Positions 28,359 through 32,000 of a stretch of 32,000 nt of DNA are shown one piece after another. The DNA lies in assembly GCF_000017945.1 (NCBI RefSeq), contig NC_009776.1, forward strand, positions 570,001-602,000, written 5' to 3'. The stretch is from Ignicoccus hospitalis KIN4/I (lineage in GTDB: Archaea > Thermoproteota > Thermoprotei_A > Sulfolobales > Ignicoccaceae). Below the pieces are notes generated by a model. The model had not been told where the DNA came from, searched no databases, and saw only the letters and a list, made by a program, of their open reading frames with translations. Positions within the stretch are counted from its first letter, which is position 1; every line of letters starts with the position of its first letter. A program made the position numbers and the translations under genes.

Positions 28359-28514
28359 TTCATCCAAAGTCCTTCCGTGAAGCTCGCTTACTATACCTTA
28401 ACTCCTCGGAGCCTCATTCTCATGCCCCGAAGGGCCCTAGGGGCGCGGGGGGCCTAGTTCGGGCGTCCTCAGTAATTTCTATAGTATTTCAAGGAGGGTA
28501 CCGGGGCTTGAAAA

Positions 28515-29309
28515 GTGATCGTAGTCGCCGTCGACGAGAGCGGCGACACTAACGTAGCGCTGGAGAGGAAGGGGAGGAGGACTAGGTACTTCGTAACCTT
28601 GGCGGTCGTGTTGGACGAGAAGTGTTACTCTATTGTGACCAAGGAGCTTACGGAAAGGCTGAGGGAGGCGGTGGCCGAGGAGGAGCCGGCGTGCAGCAAC
28701 CTAATCCCGGAAATGTTGAAGAACGAAGAAGAGTTGAAATATTATTCAATTACTAAGAGGGTTGCCGAATGCGTGGCTCGGGAGCGCTCTGAGCTGAAGG
28801 TAGTCAACGAGAAAATAGACAACATGTTAGCAAAGTTCATAAACAAGGTAAGGCCTTGTGGGACCTTCCTCGCCGTCGCCGCCCACGTGGACAAGGCGAC
28901 TATAGCGAGGAAGCTGAAGTCTTTTGATTACGAAATAGCTTCCTCCCTAGCTAGCGTTATAAGGAAAAGCTTGAAGCCGTTGGTCCTCAAGGAGTTCGGC
29001 GCTCAAGTGTGCCGGGCGCTCGATGGGCTCGGAGAGAACGCGATAGTAATTCTGGACGAGAAGTTCGTGCCGTCCGGGAGCGCGCCCAAGGGGGAGTACC
29101 TAAAGAAGCACTTCCCGTGCGAACGGGTGATTGAAGCGTTCGAAGTGAAGTCCCATCAATCGTCAGCTCTCGCTTTGGCCGACATAATGGCTGCTGCTTA
29201 CAGGAACTGCTTGCTACACGGAAACGAGGCCCTCTGCGAGGCCTTGTCGTTCGTGGAAGGGAGGGACTTAACGGAGCACTTCTTGAGGAGAGCGCTCGGG
29301 TTGGGTTGA
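28515..29309 (+). CDS. DUF3800-like protein (predicted RNase H-like fold)
   Basis: N-terminal VVAVDESGDTN, internal IVILDEKFVPSG, C-terminal KSHQSSALALADIMAAAYRN: the DESG.../...D.../...ADI.A order of DUF3800 proteins. GTG start. Confidence 0.72.
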   Translation: MIVVAVDESGDTNVALERKGRRTRYFVTLAVVLDEKCYSIVTKELTERLREAVAEEEPACSNLIPEMLKNEEELKYYSITKRVAECVARERSELKVVNEKIDNMLAKFINKVRPCGTFLAVAAHVDKATIARKLKSFDYEIASSLASVIRKSLKPLVLKEFGAQVCRALDGLGENAIVILDEKFVPSGSAPKGEYLKKHFPCERVIEAFEVKSHQSSALALADIMAAAYRNCLLHGNEALCEALSFVEGRDLTEHFLRRALGLG

Positions 29310-29313
29310 GGGT

Positions 29314-29359
29314 GGCAGCCGCCCGGGCGCGGGACCTTATGGCAGCTACCCGGGCGCGG
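29314..29359. repeat. 19-bp direct repeat, two copies with 2 mismatches (29314-29332 ggcagccgcccgggcgcgg; 29341-29359 ggcagctacccgggcgcgg)
   Basis: Read directly from the sequence; period 27 bp. Confidence 0.9.
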
Positions 29360-29382
29360 AGCTCCCCAACAACGTAGCTCCA

Positions 29383-29400
29383 GAAACCGATATAAGTTTA
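29383..29400 (+). promoter_or_regulatory. Archaeal BRE/TATA-like promoter (gaaaccgatataagttta) facing the non-coding region
   Basis: A-rich BRE-like GAAACC directly upstream of ATATAAG, with no ORF start downstream; expected start site near 29415. Confidence 0.5.
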
Positions 29401-29476
29401 GCGTGCACCCTCCCCCGCGGACGCTCCTCGTGGCGAAGCGGATCTCGAGGCCTTCCGGACGCCTCACTTCGTTCGG

Positions 29477-29516
29477 GTTAACTCTACCGGGCGTGGAGTT
29501 AACGGCCAGTTAACTC
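29477..29516. repeat. Triplet GTTAACTC (29477-29484) / GAGTTAAC (29496-29503) / GTTAACTC (29509-29516)
   Basis: Three exact 8-mers in alternating orientation within 40 bp, able to form two mutually exclusive hairpins. Confidence 0.9.
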
Positions 29517-29990
29517 CCCCATGACCGGTCTTACTGGAGTAAACCATGCGATTGGCTCCTCCTTGGAGGCCCGTGTTACGCTCCCGGGGGCGGCTTCTTT
29601 CAATTCACATACTCCATAACCTCCGGGGTCCGGGAGGAACTGCTAAATCGCCAAGGCGTCGCAGCGACAGAGCTAGGTTCGTAATATTACTTCATTTGGG
29701 CTCGCCTCTAACGGGCGTCTTGGCAATATCCCTCTTCTGTCCTCTGGAGCGAGAAGTTAGTTTCGTATAACTATCTTGGACCCGCTCCCGAAAACGGGAC
29801 CCCTTTATCTAGACGAGACACCCCCAGTCCCGGGGCTCAGAGGAAGGAGGTCTTACGAACCCAACTTCGTTCTACTCAATTATTACTGGGCTCGCCGGCA
29901 CCTCACTCCCCGTGACCCTAAACCCCCGCGGGGTGACGCGAAGTGCTCCGTGGGAGGAAGGTATAGGAGATCAATAGTCGCTAGCGGGCC

Positions 29991-30797
29991 TCAGATGAGC
30001 CCGCCGCGGGGCGGGCGAACGGTTAGCTCGGTCACGTCGGTGCTGACCACTATCTTGAGGTCCTCTAAGGGGACGTTCAACGACGGGCACCAGAGCAAGA
30101 GAGTATAAGTGCCCTTATAGAGCCTTACGGACTTGAAGGGGACCGCGTAGAGCCAGTCCGTACCGTTGTATAGGACCCTCTCCGGAGCGCCCAACCTCTC
30201 TTGAAACTCCAAAGTCCCCGTGGAGTTGCTCAAACGGGTTTCGCACTTAACGCTTCCCAGCGGAATGAAGGAAGGGACGAAGGTTCCTACCGTAGCCCAG
30301 GGCGGGGCGCCCTCGGGCGAGTACCACCCGTTGTCCACCTCCAAGACGCTTATCGCCTTGACCGGTTTGTCACAGCCCACCTTGAAGTACAAGGCCCCGG
30401 GGCAGAGGGCGTCGTAGTCGTCTGCTTGGCCTTCGAGCTGGCCGTAGTAGCCCGCGGGGACTAAGGCCTCGCAGCCGTACTGGTCCGCGACCGGAGAGCT
30501 CGAGGAGAGCACGAAGTGGTCGAAGCTACAGACCAACTCCTCGCCGTAGTAAACCCTTACGCCGGTCAGCGTTACGGGGTTCTTAACTCGGAGGACCAGC
30601 GCCAAAACTTTCCCGTTGGTCGAATCGTAGGCTGGCATTAGGTCGTAAACTCCCGCGGGCGTCGGCAGCTGGGTCGGCAAGGCTAAGCTCGCGACCCTCC
30701 CTACGGTGGTATTAACCACTCCCACCACTACCGCTATCAGAGCCACCGATATCGCTATGAGTAACAGCTCGGCCACTATTGAGCTCTGTGCCTTCAC
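29991..30797 (-). CDS. Type IV pilin-like / class III signal peptide surface filament or adhesin subunit
   Basis: From GTG 30797: VKAQSSIVAELLLIAISVALIAVVVG, short charged leader, candidate K-A/Q cleavage site, and a hydrophobic helix containing an early Glu, then a beta-rich domain with paired Cys. GGAGG 5 nt before the GTG. The track start (TTG 30830) is possible. Confidence 0.7.
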   Translation of the reverse strand: MKAQSSIVAELLLIAISVALIAVVVGVVNTTVGRVASLALPTQLPTPAGVYDLMPAYDSTNGKVLALVLRVKNPVTLTGVRVYYGEELVCSFDHFVLSSSSPVADQYGCEALVPAGYYGQLEGQADDYDALCPGALYFKVGCDKPVKAISVLEVDNGWYSPEGAPPWATVGTFVPSFIPLGSVKCETRLSNSTGTLEFQERLGAPERVLYNGTDWLYAVPFKSVRLYKGTYTLLLWCPSLNVPLEDLKIVVSTDVTELTVRPPRGGLI

Positions 30798-31974
30798 TTC
30801 GTCCTCCGGGCTTAACGAACTTAGAGGCAATATAAGTCGCTAAGAGCGTGAGCGCCCCCAACGCCGGGTAGAGGTAGGCGAACCCAGCCAAGGGGGCGCA
30901 CTTGAGCGCGGGCAGAGGCGAGGGCCTCAAGCTCACCGCGCAGCTGCGCAAGCCTTCCCAACGGGGGACCGACCAGCTGAAGAAGGCCGGTTCGTTGGGA
31001 GGTATGTACTTACCCATAAATACGTTTATAGAGCTCTTCACTTCGTAACGCGACCCGCTGGCGTTCAAGAGCAAGAGCTGCTCGAAGGCCGTCAAGTTGC
31101 CCCGGTAGGTGTAGGTCGCTACGGTCTTCGCCCCCATAACCTTGACTTCGCTCGGGGGTTGGAAGAAATAAGCGTGGACCCACGAGGCGTAAATTAAGGA
31201 AGCGGCGAAGGTCATTGACGTTAACACCATTAAGGAACTGACCGCCTTCCTGTTCTTCCAGAAGTCCGCCAAGGCGAGGGCGAAGGGGGCTACGGCTGTC
31301 GACTCGGGCCTGAGCAACGATGCCGGGCCCAGCAGCCCTAACTTGCTCTTGTCCTTGAGGTACAGTACCAAAGAGAAGTTGAGAGCGCTTAGCGCTTGTG
31401 ACGCGAGGAGGGCCCAGAGCAAGGCTTTCGAGGTCAAGACGTTGGCGAGCGTGTAGTTGTCTATTAGATCTAGGACCGTAACGGCGGTTAAAATTATGAC
31501 TGAAGCGTAGTGGAGGACGAACCGCTTGTCCGCTAGGGGCCCTTCCTTTATTGCCTTAGAGAGGGAGTAAAGGTACACTAACGTTAACGTCGCCGCCACG
31601 GGGGTTTGGATGCCGAAGTAGGGGTTGGGCAAGCCCCCGGCCGGGACGGGGTAAAAGCGGAGCAGCGCAAAGGCCACGTACGCGTTCAAGAAAGCGACTA
31701 CCTTGGACGCCTTGTCGTTGGTATGGAAGAGCAGCGCGAGCGACGCCGGGAGCAAGGCGAGCGAGAGGTGGAACGAGTTAGGCGGTATGGGCAAGCCGTA
31801 AGTTGTGTGGCCGTGGGCGATTGAGGAAAACGCCGTTAGGAAAGCTAAAAACGTGGAGAGCTTCGCGTAAAGCTCATTGAATGTCAGAAAATACGCCAAG
31901 AGCAGCGCAGAAGCGATGGCTAAGAGGGGGTACAGCGAGAAGAACCAGTACCCCCTGAGTACGGAGAAGCCCAA
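30712..31974 (-). CDS. Multi-pass membrane protein of unknown function; may extend beyond the right edge
   Basis: 420-aa ORF with about 9 or more hydrophobic helices and a hydrophilic Gly/Ser-rich tail encoded in a different frame over the pilin-like gene start. Confidence 0.7.
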   Translation of the reverse strand: MGFSVLRGYWFFSLYPLLAIASALLLAYFLTFNELYAKLSTFLAFLTAFSSIAHGHTTYGLPIPPNSFHLSLALLPASLALLFHTNDKASKVVAFLNAYVAFALLRFYPVPAGGLPNPYFGIQTPVAATLTLVYLYSLSKAIKEGPLADKRFVLHYASVIILTAVTVLDLIDNYTLANVLTSKALLWALLASQALSALNFSLVLYLKDKSKLGLLGPASLLRPESTAVAPFALALADFWKNRKAVSSLMVLTSMTFAASLIYASWVHAYFFQPPSEVKVMGAKTVATYTYRGNLTAFEQLLLLNASGSRYEVKSSINVFMGKYIPPNEPAFFSWSVPRWEGLRSCAVSLRPSPLPALKCAPLAGFAYLYPALGALTLLATYIASKFVKPGGRSEGTELNSGRAVTHSDIGGSDSGSGGSG

Positions 31975-32000
31975 CGGAGGAAGCTTGGGAGGGGCGGAGA

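Larger units (their letters stand above)
29310..29990. other. Extended apparently non-coding, hairpin-rich region; candidate structured ncRNA(s) or regulatory locus
   Basis: No credible ORF in any frame, unlike the rest of the window. TATA-like element at 29390-29396, several perfect inverted repeats and a near-identical 19-bp direct repeat. Confidence 0.5.

Noticed and set aside
29310-29990. RNase P RNA or SRP RNA assignment for the non-coding region
   Set aside because: The conserved GAGGAAAGUCC/ACAGAA (RNase P) and helix 8 GGAAG...GGAGCAG-type (SRP) motifs are not seen on either strand by eye. A covariance-model search would be decisive.
29546-30108. Plus-strand ORFs 29546..29770 and 29776..30108 as genes
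   Set aside because: Arg/Pro-rich compositions without domain character, starting and ending in hairpin-rich DNA; the second runs antisense into the pilin-like gene.
1-32000. CRISPR arrays
   Set aside because: No series of three or more regularly spaced direct repeats seen, despite the orphan Cas6-like and CARF proteins.
1-32000. tRNA or rRNA genes
   Set aside because: No GGTTCRANYC T-arm with matching acceptor stem noticed in the intergenic gaps; tRNAscan-SE would be needed to exclude intron-containing, permuted or split tRNA halves, which occur in this archaeal group.
1-32000. Insertion sequence, integrase or provirus
   Set aside because: No transposase, integrase, terminase or capsid-like ORFs, and no long terminal inverted repeats visible.

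Overview
Gene-dense archaeal (crenarchaeal/Desulfurococcales-type) chromosomal DNA. TATA-like boxes sit close to start codons, GTG/TTG starts are frequent, and there is an intact single-subunit rpoB plus dphB, Nob1 and lysK. Gene content is compatible with Ignicoccus (inference, not proven here). The genes I can name are: spermidine synthase (5' end only, minus strand, missed by the ORF track), PPP-type phosphatase, argG, a Cas6-like RAMP, GMP synthase PP-ATPase subunit, DUF1152 protein, nadA, a roadblock-like/zinc-ribbon protein, citramalate synthase-type enzyme, MinD/ParA-like ATPase, PhoU/TrkA-C protein, CBS proteins, HAD phosphatase, rpoB, rpoH, DUF58 protein, dphB, a RHH regulator, proC, Nob1, CYTH protein, lysK, an APE2256/Crn1-like CARF protein, a DUF3800-like protein and a type IV pilin-like protein. 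No rRNA, tRNA or CRISPR array was recognised. The most interesting items are: (1) a structured, apparently non-coding ~680 bp region at 29310-29990 with its own TATA-like element, an 8-bp alternating inverted-repeat triplet and a 19-bp near-identical direct repeat; (2) orphan CRISPR components (Cas6-like at 2471-3244, CARF/ring-nuclease-like at 26991-27746) with no array nearby; (3) a roadblock/zinc-ribbon gene facing a two-gene uncharacterised operon (8837-10782); (4) an rpoH-rpoB cluster not followed by rpoA1/rpoA2; (5) several sub-60-aa genes absent from the ORF track. I do not see a clearly novel multigene system; the candidates are stated as hypotheses.
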